A stretch of DNA of 64,000 bases from Octopus vulgaris (GCA_951406725.2 OX597817.1:50654001-50718000), one strand, 5' to 3'. Positions 1-14,168 are shown, counted from the first letter of the stretch. Notes: a model not told the origin generated them from the sequence alone. Program-made: numbers and translations.

Positions 1-40
<40 letters not shown>

Positions 41-60
41 TATATATGTATGTATGTATG

Positions 61-127
<67 letters not shown>

Positions 128-128
128 G

Positions 129-169
<41 letters not shown>

Positions 170-540
170 ATATATGTATGTATATATATGTATATATATA
201 TGTATGTATGTATATATGTATATATATATGTATATATATATGTATATATATATATATGTATATATGTATATATATATGTATATATATATGTATATATATA
301 TGTATATATATATGTATATATATATATATATTATATATATATGTATATATATATATGTATATATATATATGTATATATATATATGTATGTATATATGTAT
401 ATATATGTATGTATGTATATATATATATATGTATGTATATATATATATATATATATGTATGTATATATATATGTATGTATGTATATATATTTATACATAT
501 ATATATATAGATAGATAGATAGAGAGATAGATAGATAGAT
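1..540. repeat. (TA)n/(TATG)n compound microsatellite ending in (GATA)n
   Basis: Directly visible; explains the YI/MY ORFs at 46-518. Confidence 0.98.
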
Positions 541-1484
541 TGAACATATGATTTATATGCATGCACATACATATACACACTTCACTGATAGCAAAATTAT
601 TTATTCGTGCGCAGGTTTGTTTTGTGTTTAGTCCCGCATGAATAAGTAGTGTATGCATCAGGATGTGTGCGTATATATATGTGTGTGTGTACGATGATAA
701 TCAATTAGTATGTGCTTGTTTGTTAGACGTATACATATACTTAAGATCATAAATTTGTGCTTATTTCTCTCAATACACAACGCTTCTCTATGAGGCGGCA
801 ACCATATTTCTCTCCGTATCTGTTCATTCATCTAAAAGTTTTCTCCGAGAATCTCATTGCTTTACCTTTCAAGGAATTTATGGAAATAAAGAAACGCTAG
901 GCCGACTTTTTTCTTTGATCAAGTTCTTATCAGTTTCCTAGTTCGTATTGTCTTTGATAGTCTTTGGCATTCATTCTTATTATTAACAATCTTTTCTTTT
1001 CTATATTGGCATTCCCATCCTTTTTGCATCATTGCTTTTTACTGATTAATGTTTGTTTTAATTTTGCTTAATTCATTTAAAAAGACCTGCTTTCTTAGAT
1101 AACTGCCATTTACAGCGAGTTTTCAGATTTTCCGCTAATTCAGTACTCATTAGCCCATAACATGCAGTCTGAGAGACTTAACTCACCATATCTATAAAGA
1201 CGCTATCGTGATTCATGCAAGCAATTATTCGCTTAATTTGTTCATTTTGTCTTCCTGACAATCGGCCATTGTTGTTCTCTGTTTATGCGAGTATATATGA
1301 ATATGCGTGCATACAAGTACGTAATTCTCTATAGAAATATTTATGAATGCGTGTCTGTGTGTATATTCACTATCAGTGTATTCTTTTATTCCTTCACTTA
1401 TTTCAGGGATTTTCCTGAGGCCATGCTGGAGCACCGCCTTTTATTAGTCGAACAAATCGAACTCAAGTTCTATTCTTTGTAAAC

Positions 1485-1654
1485 ACAGCAACGCTGGTTG
1501 TCAAGTTTGGTCTTCAACCACATGGTTCCAGGCTGAGTCCCACTGCGTGTCACCTCGGACAAGTGTCTTCTACTATAGACTAGGGTCGACCAAGGACTCG
1601 TGATTGGGTTTGGTGGACAGAAACTGAGAGAAACCCGTTGTATAGATGTGTGTA

Positions 1655-1696
<42 letters not shown>

Positions 1697-1848
1697 CGCG
1701 TGTTTGCTTTCGCGCATTTATCCTACACAACCAGTAGGTGTATTTATGCCTCCGTAACTTAGCGTTTCGGTCAAAGTGAGGGACAGAATAAGTACCTGGC
1801 TTACGAAAAATGTAGTGTGGTCAATTCGTTCGACTAAATCTATTCAAA
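1485..1848 (+). mobile_element. tRNA-derived SINE family A, diverged copy
   Basis: Matches the full copy at 51825-52225 (caaccacatggttcc, gtcccactgcgt, caagtgtcttctactatag, gtaacttagcg, agaataagtac). Confidence 0.85.
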
Positions 1849-1849
1849 G

Positions 1850-2400
1850 TAGTGAGCATGCATTGTCATGCAACAACAAAATTTCCTTCGACAATAGGCT
1901 TCGGCGTTTAGTGCAAATTGCTGGCTTCAGTTTGTTGGCCAGCAAAGCACTATACCTTGCATTATTGATTGTACACCCCTTTTCGTGGTAGTCTTCCAGT
2001 ATAGGCCCTTTTGAGTCTTGAATTTCCACGTCGCTGGCCAACCAGGATGCTTCCACTCATTACTCTGTCTTTTGGATTCCGCCTTATAATAATGGACCCA
2101 CGCTTCATCCTCTGTGACTACTCTGCTCAAAAGTTCCTCGCCCTCATTGGTGGAGCTTTGGCAGACTTCAAGACGTTTGCGCTTGTGCTCTGCAATAAGT
2201 TCTCTTGACACCCATCATGCACGGATTTAATGGACGCCGAGCTAATCATGGATGGTTTTCAGCACCTGACACACGTTCCGATCACAGAAATCTTTGTTCT
2301 TCTTCGGTGCGCATTGCTAATGGAGCGACCATGCTTACACTGTGAAACCAGAAAGAAAAATGGCACGATTACGCTCAAGCTGCAATCATGTGACCACAAT
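1850..2400 (-). pseudogene. mariner (DD34D) transposase relic, frameshifted
   Basis: ORFs 1927-2211 (SRELI..RVVTEDEAWVHYYKAESKRQSNEW) and 1844-2056 (TINNARY..KRRSLLSKEILLLHDNA) carry the mariner WVPREL, TGDETW and HDNA motifs. Confidence 0.9.
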
Positions 2401-2527
2401 AGTACCAACTATAACCACGCATGTGCAGAAGGCAATATGACGATAATGAAGATATATTATGGCAAAAGTGCAGATGATTTTCGATTTCCTCTCTATATAT
2501 GTGTGTAATTATGGGTGTATATATGCA

Positions 2528-2581
<54 letters not shown>

Positions 2582-2587
<6 letters not shown>

Positions 2588-3212
2588 ACATATGCATATA
2601 TACATGCATATATGTACGTACCTACCTCTACATGTATATATACACGCATATATGGGTACAGGACACACAAAAAACGTCGAACACAATGAGAAACGAAAAC
2701 ATAAACACAAAACCAAGGAACTGGACATTTTTCTTAAACAACGAAAAAATAGAGTACCGGACAAATAACACATGGAAAATTCTCCTTCAGTCGCCATGGT
2801 TTCATCTACTCTACGTTTTGAAGGTGAAGGCGATACGCATCTTCGTTTGAAATTTTTCTTCCCGCGAAAAGCAAATTAAATAAAATTTGAGATCTTTTTG
2901 CGGAGGGGTAAAAATGGTAACAAAAACAGGACAGTAACGACAGTACAAAATATAAACAGTAAAAGACAGAATGAGAATAACAAGACAAGAAGGGCTGTTA
3001 AGATGAACGAGAAATTAATAAATAAAACATATGTATATATACATACATATATGTACGTACCTACCTCTACATGTATATATACACGCATATATGGGTACAG
3101 GACACCAAAAAAACGTCGAACACACAATGAGAAACGAAAAAATAAACACAAAACCAAGGAACTGGACATTTTTATGACGGGACGCACGCATCCATTTCTA
3201 AGTAAGATTGTT

Positions 3213-3215
<3 letters not shown>
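2582..3215. repeat. TA-flanked element with ~150-bp direct repeats (2582-2731, 3021-3172)
   Basis: Near-identical direct repeats; (TA)n on both sides; a diverged inverse relative lies at about 61790-62000. Confidence 0.75.
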
Positions 3216-3250
<35 letters not shown>

Positions 3251-3393
3251 CAATTAAAATTCAAATGAATTCAAATGAATTCGAATGAATATGGTACTTA
3301 ACTTAGATGCACCAGGATTTTTTATGGTATTAACCATAAAATTGTGTAGGGCGATTATAACCAAGGAAAAAGCAACAAGAATGGATCGGTAGA

Positions 3394-3478
3394 TTAGTAC
3401 AATTGTTTCATACTAAAAACATTTAATTTCAAGCTGCAAATATTACAGCAAATATAATATCAAGTATTCATCAGCTAA
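3394..3478 (-). ncRNA. Type I hammerhead ribozyme motif (inverted copy)
   Basis: Reverse complement of 3706-3790 with intact core. Confidence 0.75.
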
Positions 3479-3705
3479 ATCACATATAGGTTTTGCATAT
3501 TTTCTTAGAGAGTGTAAATATCTTTATGAAGTTATAGGAGTGAGTTCCATGAATCTGAAGTAAGATTCCAAGCAGACTTTATATGTTTTCCAACAATACA
3601 TATATAGTCTGCTTGGAATCTTACTTCAGATTCATGGAACTCACTCCTATAACTTCATAAGGATATTTACACTCTCTAAGAATATATGGAAAACCTATAT
3701 GTGAT

Positions 3706-3790
3706 TTAGCTGATGAATACTTGACAGTATATTTGCTGTAATATTTGCAGCTTGAAATTAAATGTTTTTAGTATGAAACAATTGTACTAA
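3706..3790 (+). ncRNA. Type I hammerhead ribozyme motif with extended stem II
   Basis: ttag-CTGATGA-atact..agtat-GAAAC-aatt-GTA-ctaa; stems I, II and III all pair. Confidence 0.75.
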
Positions 3791-3823
3791 TCTACCGATC
3801 CATACTTGTTGCTTTTTTCTTGG

Positions 3824-3871
<48 letters not shown>

Positions 3872-4561
3872 ATGTATATACATATACACGTGCACAGCAT
3901 ACACGCATATACATGTGTGTGTGTGTCTTCTAGAATCTCGGGCATCCTCCATCCGATTGCAGGTGAGAATGCGATGGATAAAGCCGTGAGAACGTGCATT
4001 TTTACGCGCAAGTACATCACCTGTTGCGATCTATACTACGCGTACGCGAGAAAAATGCATGGTGTCTCAAATTTAGGTTAAATCAGTGTTTCTCAAAGGA
4101 GAGGCCTATGGCGTTTTGGTCGTATATATATATCTTTCCACAATGTTTTCTTTATGAAGAAATGATGGCTAAAATTTCATTGGGAAGCAAAAGGCATTTG
4201 TTCTTTGAAGTTATTGTTGGATTTATCAGAAAGGTTTTCTTGTTCCTATTGTTTCCAAACTTTATGATGTTGAACCCAAACACTCCGGGCAAGATATCAT
4301 ATGTTTCGGAACAATGGAACACTTCTGTATACATGGCGAAACAGAACGAGAGCGTAGGCAGCCAAAGCAAGGCAAACAAGTTGTAGAATTCAGTAACACA
4401 AAATATATAAAGCACCGGTTTTTTTTTGTCTTTTTTTTAGATTCTATATTCGTTTCTTTCTTTATTTGCTACATTTCTTTCTGTGATGCCTTTGGAACAT
4501 CTTTTGAAAATGTTGAACAGAACATTTGAGAGTGAATCATTTGACTAATCCACCAATACTG

Positions 4562-4846
4562 CTCAACATCGAAAAACACCGCAGTGATGTTGGAATGTAT
4601 TAAAGAATCATAGCTCAAAGTGAGCAGCTTTGCAGCTTTTATAGTTTCTACAAAATTTTAAGCATTATTCGGTGCTTTATTGATTTGGACGTTTATAGAA
4701 ACTCAACATCGAAAAACACCGCAGTGATGTTGGAATGTATTAAAGAATCATAGCTCAAAGTGAGCAGCTTTGCAGCTTTTATAGTTTCTACAAAATTTTA
4801 AGCATTATTCGGTGCTTTATTGATTTGGACGTTTATAGAAACTCAA
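4562..4846. repeat. 140-bp perfect tandem duplication
   Basis: ctcaacatcg...gtttatagaaa starts at 4562 and again at 4702. Confidence 0.95.
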
Positions 4847-5159
4847 TGAAAGACAGACTATTAAACATATCAAAGCAGCTAACACAAAATATTAGTTGAT
4901 GGCAATTTCTTTTTTCTTGATTCGTTGTCTGTACACGCGGAGAACTGATTAATTTGGTAAACGTTAACTAAGTTTAACACCAAGTTTGAAATACGTAAGA
5001 GATTATACACAAATTGCCTAATCGATGAAGTGATTTTTCAAAGCTATTTTCTCTGAGAATTGATAATACGCACTACAGATAGAGATACAACTGATAACGA
5101 AACAGGTTTCGTAAATTTATTTCCAGAATATGTGTTGTCTGTATAGTGATTATCACTTC

Positions 5160-6008
5160 AAACTTTTGTCACAAGGGCAGCTTGGGAAAGCTGGAGATGA
5201 GTCGATTACATCGACTCCAGTGTTCAACTGGTACTTATTTTATTGACCATCGAAAAGATGAAAGGCAAAGTCGACCTCGGCGGAATTTGAACACAGAAAG
5301 CAACGACGGGCGAAAGCATTTCGTGCAGCGTGTAACGTCTCTGCCAGCTCGCCGCCTTACTTCTGTATAGTGACTATTAAGGTGTGAAACTTAGCCTTAT
5401 GGGATTCTGAAAATGTGGTTAATATTCTTTTCTACTCTAAGTGCAAGGCCTGAACTTTTGGGGGAGGGGGCAGTCGATTAGACTGATCCCAGTATGCAAC
5501 TGATACTTAATTTATCGACCCCGAAAGGATGAAAGGTAAAGTCAACCTCGGCGAAATTTGAACTCAGAACGTAGAGACAGACGAAATACCTATTTCCTTA
5601 CTACCCACAAGGGGCTAAACACAGAGAGGACAAATAAGGACAGACAAACGGGTTAAGTCGATTATATCGACCCCAGTACGTAACTGGTACTTATCTAATC
5701 GACTCCGAAAGGATGAAAGGCAAAGTCGACCTCGGCGGAATTTGAACTCAGAACATAGCGACAGACGAAATACCGCTAAGCATTTCGCCCGGCGTGCTAA
5801 CGTTCCTTATTTCTTTATTGCCCACAAGAGACTAAACATAGAGGGAACAAACAAGGACGGACAAAGGGATTAAGTCGATTACATCGACCCCAGCGCGTAA
5901 CTGGTACTTAATTTATCGATCCCGAAAGGATGAAAGGCAGAGTCGACCTCGACGGAATTTGAACTAAGCATTTCGCCCGACATGCTAACGTTCCTGCCAG
6001 CTCACCGC
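5160..6008 (-). mobile_element. SINE family B cluster (monomer 5160-5360; trimer 5427-6008)
   Basis: tRNA-like head with B box gagttcaaattc; core gcctttcatcctttcggggtcgataa resembling the MetaSINE domain. Confidence 0.9.
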
Positions 6009-6649
6009 CAATGTTGTTAATATTGTAACCACGGTAGTTAATTTTATAGCTGCGCGTGGCTTGAGAAAATTTGCTGACCAAAATAAAATTCGTTTGTAGT
6101 AGCTCTATATATGTTCGTTGTCATAGTCGCGAATCTTTTCTAGCTAATTTATTGCGTGTTTGCATAAATTCGTCCTTTTCTGCGGCGAATTAATATTTTC
6201 TCATCAGGAATTACATGGTGTTAATACCATTTATGGATTAATTTGTCCTTTTATCTAGATTTCCTTTCGCATCTAAATGATTTAAACACCATTTTACTAG
6301 GATCTAGCAATGCGATTGATAGTTCGTGTGATAACATAAAAAGGCTTTCAGATCAAACTAAGAGTTTTTTCAATGAGTTGTCCACTTTTCATTATTTTCT
6401 GAACCTTCACATATGACTGATTTTTCAAATTCATGAGCAATTTTATATTCACAGATTTCAAAAGCCATTCGAGCATTTTTGAATGAAGTGGTTTCTTTAA
6501 CTTAGGAAAACTAAATTCAAATCACATGCACAAACTTCAAAAACCGTTCAAAATTAACTTTTTAATACTGGCTATAAAGTACAATATTTATAGATTGTTT
6601 TTTTTCAATTTCCCATTTCATAAATATTAATAATTGGTTCAACATAGTA

Positions 6650-6860
6650 TCTATGCTTCATATAACCGGTTCCTCTGGGGTATATAAATTCCTCCCTGGA
6701 CGGAATGTCCGTCTGTTGCAGCGTTACTCATTTTTACCAGGTGAGTGAACTGGAGCAATGTAAAATGCTTAAGACCACAACGCATCACCCAATACAGGAA
6801 TTGAAACCACAACCTTGCGATCATGATTCCAACTGCCGAACCACTAATCCATGCACCTTC
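6650..6860 (-). mobile_element. SINE family C-type, diverged
   Basis: Similar to 12435-12677 (gcgttactcattttt, actggagcaa, ggaattgaaaccacaa). Confidence 0.7.
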
Positions 6861-6890
6861 ACAGTGCCTACAATACTTCAATATATTTCT

Positions 6891-7285
6891 GCGAGCTGCA
6901 GAAATGTTAGCACGCCAGGCGAAATGCGTAGCCGTAATTCATCGACCGTTACGTTCTGAGTTCAAATTCCGCCGACGTCGACTTTGCCTTTCATCCTTTC
7001 GGGGTCGATTAAATAAGTATCAGTTACGCGCTGGGGTCGATATAATCGATTTAATCCGTTTGTCTGTTCTTGTTTGTCCTCTCCGTGTTTAGCCCTTTGT
7101 GGGTAGTAAAGAAATAGGTATTTCGTCTGCCGTTACGTTCTGAGTTCAAATTCCGCCGATGTCGACTTTGCCTTTCGACCTTTCGGGGTCGATAAGCTAA
7201 GCACCAGTTGCGTACTGAGGTCGATCTAATCAACTAGCCCCATCTCCAAAAATTTGAGGCCTTGAGCCTAGAATAAAAAAGAATA
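6891..7285 (+). mobile_element. SINE family B dimer
   Basis: Two consecutive units joined at aaagaaataggtatttcgtctg. Confidence 0.9.
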
Positions 7286-7469
7286 TATTTCAATCACTAT
7301 TTTACGATTTAGTTGATTTTTTTTTGTCTAGTTTCAGCTCAGAGCTGCGGCCATGCTGATGCACCACCGCTTATTTTCGAAATTTCCATAGTTTTAACGC
7401 AGCTACCAACATTTTTTAATAAATTCCTTTCTTTTACTAGAAACAGATCATTGTAATCCTTATTCATTA

Positions 7470-8140
7470 AGGCACTGAGCGGGCAGAATTGTTAGTACAG
7501 AAGATAAAGTGCCAGGCGGAATTTCTTCCGGCACTTTACGTTCTGAGTTCAAATTTAGCTGGTGTCGGCTTTGCCTTTCTTCCTTTCAGAACCAGTTGTG
7601 CATTGGGGTCGTTGCAATCAGTTTTCCTCGGCCTTAAAATTGCAGGCATTGTGCAGAATTCATAAACCATTCCTGTTTACTTATTCCATTTTAGAAGCAT
7701 TACATTTTACGATATGATATCTTAATTTCTAACGCTTCGTCGTTCAATCATTTTTGAAGTTTCCAATTATTTTTCATAAAGTTCGTTTTTTGATAAAATG
7801 ATTTCTAAAATGCATGCTATAAAGAAAGACGTTTTTCTGTATGAAACATCTCATAGACACTTAAAGAAATTCCTTTTCAAGTTAACGCTTACGTGTTTAA
7901 GATCTCTAAACATGATTCGTCAACCATCATACACAAAATAATATTCTTTTCTACTCTAGGCACAAGCCCGAAATTTTGGGAAAGGGGGCCACTCAATTAG
8001 ATCAACTCCAGTACGCAACTGGCATTTAATTTATCGATCTCGAAAGGATGAAAGGCAAAGTCGACCTCTGCAGAATTTGAACTTAGAACGTAAAGACAGA
8101 CGAAGTACTGCTAAACATTTTGCCCTGCATGCTAACGATT
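7470..8140. mobile_element. Two SINE B copies (7470-7660 +, 7945-8140 -)
   Basis: Family B head and core motifs. Confidence 0.75.
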
Positions 8141-9253
8141 CAATTAAATATATTTTGCTTTTAAAATAAAAAAAAAAACATTATTTAGATGTAAACTTAA
8201 TTAGAGGCGTTACTTACTCTCCTATAATGGTGCTACAAATTTTTATGTAAACTTTTTTCTAATAGACCAAATCTCAATGTTCTAAGCCAAAATGTAGCTA
8301 GAGACCAGCCCTCTTCAAAAACGTTAACAGTTTTCAATTTGGTTAAGAACTGAATTAGCGACAAAGTCTGAAAGATGCTGAGAGTGTGAGTAAATTGCGG
8401 CCTTAGGGATATTATTCAACTACGGTAGTTGTTGAATGATATATAAATACACCAGTAGATGTAATAATGAGCAAGTTGAACTGTATTCTATATAGAGAAC
8501 ACTTGTCTCTAACCAATATATATATGTATCGATAGATAGACAAATAGATAGATATGTGTGTGTAAATATAGATATATATATATATATATATTTTACATAT
8601 GCACATACATTCATATACATATATACACAAATATGATATCCTTCCATACATCCTCTACCAATAAACCAAAAAACACATTCAAACTATTGCAAATTATGCT
8701 AAAGTTGCGTATATTAATATAATTAAAAGGCTGGTACTATAAATGTTGAATGGATCTTTGAAGAAATATTCTGCGTTTAGACAAAACGGCCTTTCAGTAT
8801 ATTTTCAGGTTTGATATTTGTCAATTTTCCATCAGTCGTTCAACCGAAAGATTAATATCTTTGTACCTTATTGCCTAAAGATACAGATGGCTGAGCGAAA
8901 TTGTCTATTAGCTTTCTTCTGATACACATTAAAGACTAAATTATCTCTTGGTATTCGTTTGATACAGCTCTACAACAAGTAGCAAGAAAACTCTAAAAGG
9001 TAACTTTATTAAGGTATATTTATATCCATTTACATATATAATCATCATGTGGATTAGGATGCTGAAAATATCTCCCAAAATACCCTGTGATACGTCTGGA
9101 ATTTTTCATTAATCTATGTTCTACTTTTTCCTAAACTGTATGAATGTGTTTCCATGATACATATAGAAAATCTATATACGACCGCACACGCATTTCAGTG
9201 TGTGTAAATATTTTTATTCTAATTTTTATAGATATATGTAATTATATAACTGT

Positions 9254-9535
9254 TGAGGCACATGTCCTAGTGGTTAAAACAGCGGACTCGCGGTCGAGGG
9301 ATCGCGGGTTCGAATGTGTTTATGAGCTAAGCACCTAAGCTCCAGGCGGCTCCGGCAGAAGGTAATGGCGAACTTCTGCTGACTCTTTCGCCACAGCTTT
9401 CTCTCACGCTTTCCTCCTGCGTCTTGCAGCTCACCTGCGACGGACCGGCGTCCTGTCCAGGTGGGGAACCTATCTGCCAATGAAACCGAGAAACCGGACC
9501 TTATGAGCCAGGCATGGCTCTAGTAGGAGCAAACA
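9254..9535 (+). mobile_element. tRNA-derived SINE family C
   Basis: A box (ctagtggtta) and B box (ggttcgaa); homologous to 13333-13700 and the inverse of 12130-12420. Confidence 0.8.
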
Positions 9536-9545
9536 ATTATATAAC

Positions 9546-9590
<45 letters not shown>

Positions 9591-10293
9591 ATTTATATAT
9601 GTGTGGTTATATATATACATAAGCATATATATGTATCTACTGATACATATTCATAGATATGCATGTATATATCTAATATCACTAATTCAACAATGGCGCA
9701 GGAAATAAGAGATATTATGTCATCAGTGGTACTTTTTTTCCTGATTCTGAAAGCACAAAAATAAACAAATATAACATGTATATTACTGTAGTATATATTT
9801 ATGCAATGCCTTCGTATCCGATACAAAAATAATAACAGCGAAAATAGACGTGTTCATTTTAATGATAACGTTGAGAGTCCCAAAAGAAACTCTAATCCCA
9901 TTAAGGAAACATACATACGAATAAAATACTAATATATACGATTATGACTACTATATATTATTTATATGTTTGGTCTTTCAATATAAGAAGTGTGGTGTGT
10001 TTCAAGGGTTTATAGTTATCTTGATAGCGTTAGAATTTCTTGTGCAATATAATGGCGGTTACAAATGTTAATATATGGAACATCAAGGGAGTTTCGCATA
10101 TGAGAAATTGGTTATATCTCTGGAAGAAAACATATTGCCTTGCAAATTGATTTTGGTAGAGAGGAAAGGTAAATCTAATATATAGAGAGACGCGCATAAT
10201 TATATATGTGTGTGTGTGAGTGTGTGTGCATGCAAGTAGACCTTTATACACACACACATGCACACTCACTCTCTCTCTCTCTCACACACACAC

Positions 10294-10345
<52 letters not shown>

Positions 10346-10523
10346 ATGTGTGTGTTGTGTGTGTGTGTGTGTGTTATATGTGTGTGTGTGTGTGTGTTTT
10401 TATACATGTATATATGTGTGTGTCCCTGCGTATGTTTATGTACATGTATAATCACACATACAAATGCATATAGATGTTCACATGTAAATGTCCAACAGGC
10501 GTATGCATATATATCATATATAT

Positions 10524-10564
<41 letters not shown>

Positions 10565-10596
10565 TATATATTTGTAAATATATCTATCTATCTATC

Positions 10597-10630
<34 letters not shown>

Positions 10631-11044
10631 ATATGCATACGTCTTGATGTCAGTGTCATTAACTACATGTGTTGAAACAGTAACATGTTTGCCCTATGTA
10701 TGTATCCATGAGGGAGAATCTTTGTAACTCTGTCTAATGGAGTATGCAGTTGGTGATATTCTTTCAGTTCCTCAGTAAGTCACTGTTGTTTTTACCTCCG
10801 GTTTCTAGCTAAATCCTAAGAAGAATTCAACGTGGTCGAGTTGATCTGATGGCCATTTTGGAAAGTTTTAAATCGTTGTTTACACAGTAGGTCACAGTTG
10901 ACAACAACATGGTACCGGAACGCTTCATTCATATCCTGTAGTATAAGGACCATTGCACATTCATCACACATTCTTCAGTAAGCAGAGAATCATGCATGAG
11001 CTTCCATGATAATACACACACACACACGCACACACACACATACG

Positions 11045-11088
<44 letters not shown>

Positions 11089-11649
11089 CGTATATATGTC
11101 TACATACGCACATACATAGTCACATGCTCATATACATGTACGTAAGTAGATATATATAGGTGTAGATATATTTATCTGTGTGCATAAATAGTATGTATAT
11201 ATGTATTATGTAGATATATTAATATATAATCAGTTGTATTGCATGTCCAGCGAGGAAATATTCAAAGTCAATTGATCTACTCATCGATAATCAATCGATA
11301 CATGAACAATAGATTTTACGTTGTTTTTTTTTTTTTTGATTCTGCATTCGTCAAGACGTATGAAGCTCTGTACATCCAAAATCGCCATGGTTCAGGACTA
11401 AGTAAATTACCAGAATCGGAACCAGGAAGGTATTATTTGCTATGTGCCAAACTACACATGGCTAAGTTCGAAATGAGAATAAAATATCCAAGAATACACT
11501 ACGATTTGATTTTACCTTTTGTCGGCGTCTCTTTGATCCTTCGGAATATTAGGAGACCATTGACTTCCTGGAAACAATGTTTCTTTTTCACATTTGTGAA
11601 GCGTTAACGGCAATATTAGAGGAAGTTGCTACATTCCATCTATACATCA

Positions 11650-12060
11650 GTCTTCTGAAACCTCTCTTCCTGGGGCGGAGATCGTGGGTGCAGAGTCCAC
11701 AGGCATTTTCTTCATTGGGTCCTATCAGAAGTAACTGAAACCACACTATCCAGATGGTTTGCCCAGCCTAACCAACTGACACGATACATATTTTACAGCC
11801 ATCTCCTTCTTGGTTTCCCCTAGGCATCCTTCTCCAAGAATCCATCATTTGTCTTTCGTAGTAGGACTGTGCCCTTTCAACGCAGGGAAGTAGCGGCTGG
11901 CGTGCACAAGACCCTGATTTTCGACCTACGAACATTATCCAGTAACATTAGTACAGAGACCCTCTTAAGGAACTCCATTTGGCCACTTATAGTCGCGATC
12001 GTATTCTTTCGAAATCCGAATCATTGGACTGAGACACAAAAATTCACTCAACAGCATACT
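11650..12060 (-). pseudogene. Highly decayed RTE-type LINE C-terminal fragment
   Basis: Manual minus-strand translation across frameshifts gives ERIRSRL, LLDNVRRSKIR, QPLLPCVERAQ and KPRRRWL, typical of the RTE post-RT region. Confidence 0.6.
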
Positions 12061-12125
12061 TTAACCAGGAGCTCTATGATGCTCCAGAAAATGGATCATA
12101 CAATCGCATAATCTATATCTTTTAT

Positions 12126-12677
12126 GCGCCCTTTTAAAGACTAGCCAGGCTCATGAGCCCAAGTTTCTGTGACGTATGTGCCCCCCCCCCCAGCTGGATG
12201 GGACGCTAGTCCATCGCAGCGTTACCCAAGAAAGAAGAAAGAGTGAGAGAAAGTTGGGGCGGAAGAGTGCAACAGGGGTCGCCACCATCCCCTGTCGGAG
12301 CCTCGTGGAACTTTTAGGTGTTTTTGCTCAATAAACACACACAACGTCCGGTCTAGGAATCGAAACCGTGATCCTCCGACCGCGAGTCCGCTGCCCTAAC
12401 CACAGGGCCATTGCGCCTTCACAGATAAACACGCCCTTTTAAAGCCTAGCCAGGCTCATGGGCCCGGTTTCCCAGTTTCCATGGCGTATATATTCCCCAG
12501 CTGGACGGGACGCCTGTCCATCTCAGCGTTACTCATTTTTGCCAGCTGAGTGGACTGGAGCAACGAGAAATGAAATGTTTTGCTCAAGAACACAACGCGT
12601 CGCCCGGTCCAGGAATCGAAACCACAATCTTACGATCATGGTGCTGACACCTTAACCACTAAGCCACGCGCCTCCAC
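12126..12677 (-). mobile_element. Two tandem SINE C-type copies
   Basis: Shared tail cgcccttttaaag.ctagccaggctcatg; tRNA-like heads at about 12360-12420 and 12610-12677. Confidence 0.8.
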
Positions 12678-13332
12678 GCATAATCTATATATAGGTATAA
12701 TTTATTAATCGGTATTCATACGTTCGCAGTAGTGAAAACGGTCACAAGGAAAAAAGAAATATCCGTACGAAATTTCTTGAGCTGGATATAAATTTGAAGA
12801 AATTTTCTACAAATTATGCGGCCTTTTGTATATGCACATGACAGCCGTATTGATACAAACACGGAAGCGAATATTATTACGATGCAACTGAATTATTTAT
12901 TGTATAGATAGCGACTTACAATAAAGAATCAATCGATGAAATTCCAATGTACACAGTGTTTTTAAGGAATTCCATTTCAAAATCTATCGATGAGAATTTC
13001 CAGTGCTTAGAGAGTTCATTGTTTCATCTACATTGAGACGAAGCGATTTCAAGAGGATTTTGAAGTCAAGGCAAAAGTGAGAGCTGCATTAAATGCCATT
13101 CATAATTGCTCTTTGTGACATAAGGATCTAGCAAATGTATGAGTCACTTATAGCTACTTAATGCATGAACTTGAATTGAACTCAATATGTAGCTCCATTG
13201 CTAAGAAGGCGAAAATGCGCAGAAGACATATTTATCATCGTCACTATAACCATATTTATGCGGCTCCTCCTTTTTCTCTCCTACCCCCTCCCCCGCCTCC
13301 TCCTCATCATCATCAAGAGCAGCAGCAGCAGT

Positions 13333-13700
13333 GGAGGCCCAGTGGTCAGGGCGGCGGACTCGCAGTCGGAGGATCGCGGTTTCGATACCCAGACCGAGCG
13401 TTGTGTGTATTTATTGAGCGAAAACACCTAAAGCTCCACGAGGCTCCGGCAGGGTGGTGGGTTGGTGACCCCTGTTGTACTCTTTCGCTCCAACTTTCTC
13501 TCACTCTTTCTTCCTCTTTCTTGTCCCCGACTTCCTACGCAACCGCTGAGCCTGGATGCGCATTCATCTATCCATCGATGCTATCGGTGTAGGGGGTTGA
13601 CCTGCTTTCTCTTCTGCGGGTCTTACGAATAGTATAGGACCACGTTTCGGACTTCTCCCACTAATGGGACGAAGACCGCTTCGCTCAACAAACAAACAAG
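13333..13700 (+). mobile_element. SINE family C head with a different 3' tail ending (AAAC)n
   Basis: Head matches 9254; tail is unrelated and ends caacaaacaaacaa. Confidence 0.7.
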
Positions 13701-14168
13701 CTTCTGCCGCAATATTAGTTATAGCGGAACCAGTTGAAAGCGAAAATCATGAAAGGCAATATTCAAAGCGTTCTAAAAGGAGAAACTTGAATCACATAGA
13801 CTGTCTACAATTGTAAGCATCAAACCGGCAAATAGTTGTAGAAATATAAAACCAATATTTTTTTAATAGATTAATATATATATATATATGCCACTGACCA
13901 ACTCTGATGAATGAAAGAAGAGAATGTGAACTTAAATTGACCTTGGTTGGTAATGATAATTCTCGCCTATTAATTTCGCAATGTGACGCTAAAAATAATT
14001 GGCTTCTGGTATTAGTGATGTACGAAGATAGTTTGATGCACAAAAGCCGGATATAGAAAACGAATGGCGATTTGGTGATTAAAGAATTACAGCCACATAA
14101 CCAAATTAAACACTGACATACTTACATAGATACACACACACACATATATATATATATATGTATGTATG

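Larger units (their letters stand above)
3247..3826. mobile_element. Fold-back element (arms ~3356-3578 and ~3606-3826, plus ~105-nt tail) in (TA)n, Penelope pseudo-LTR-like
   Basis: About 220-bp inverted arms with a 27-nt loop; both ends abut (TA)n; each arm has a hammerhead motif. Confidence 0.8.

Noticed and set aside
9254-9320. tRNA genes at SINE heads
   Set aside because: A/B boxes only, no cloverleaf; continuous with SINE bodies.
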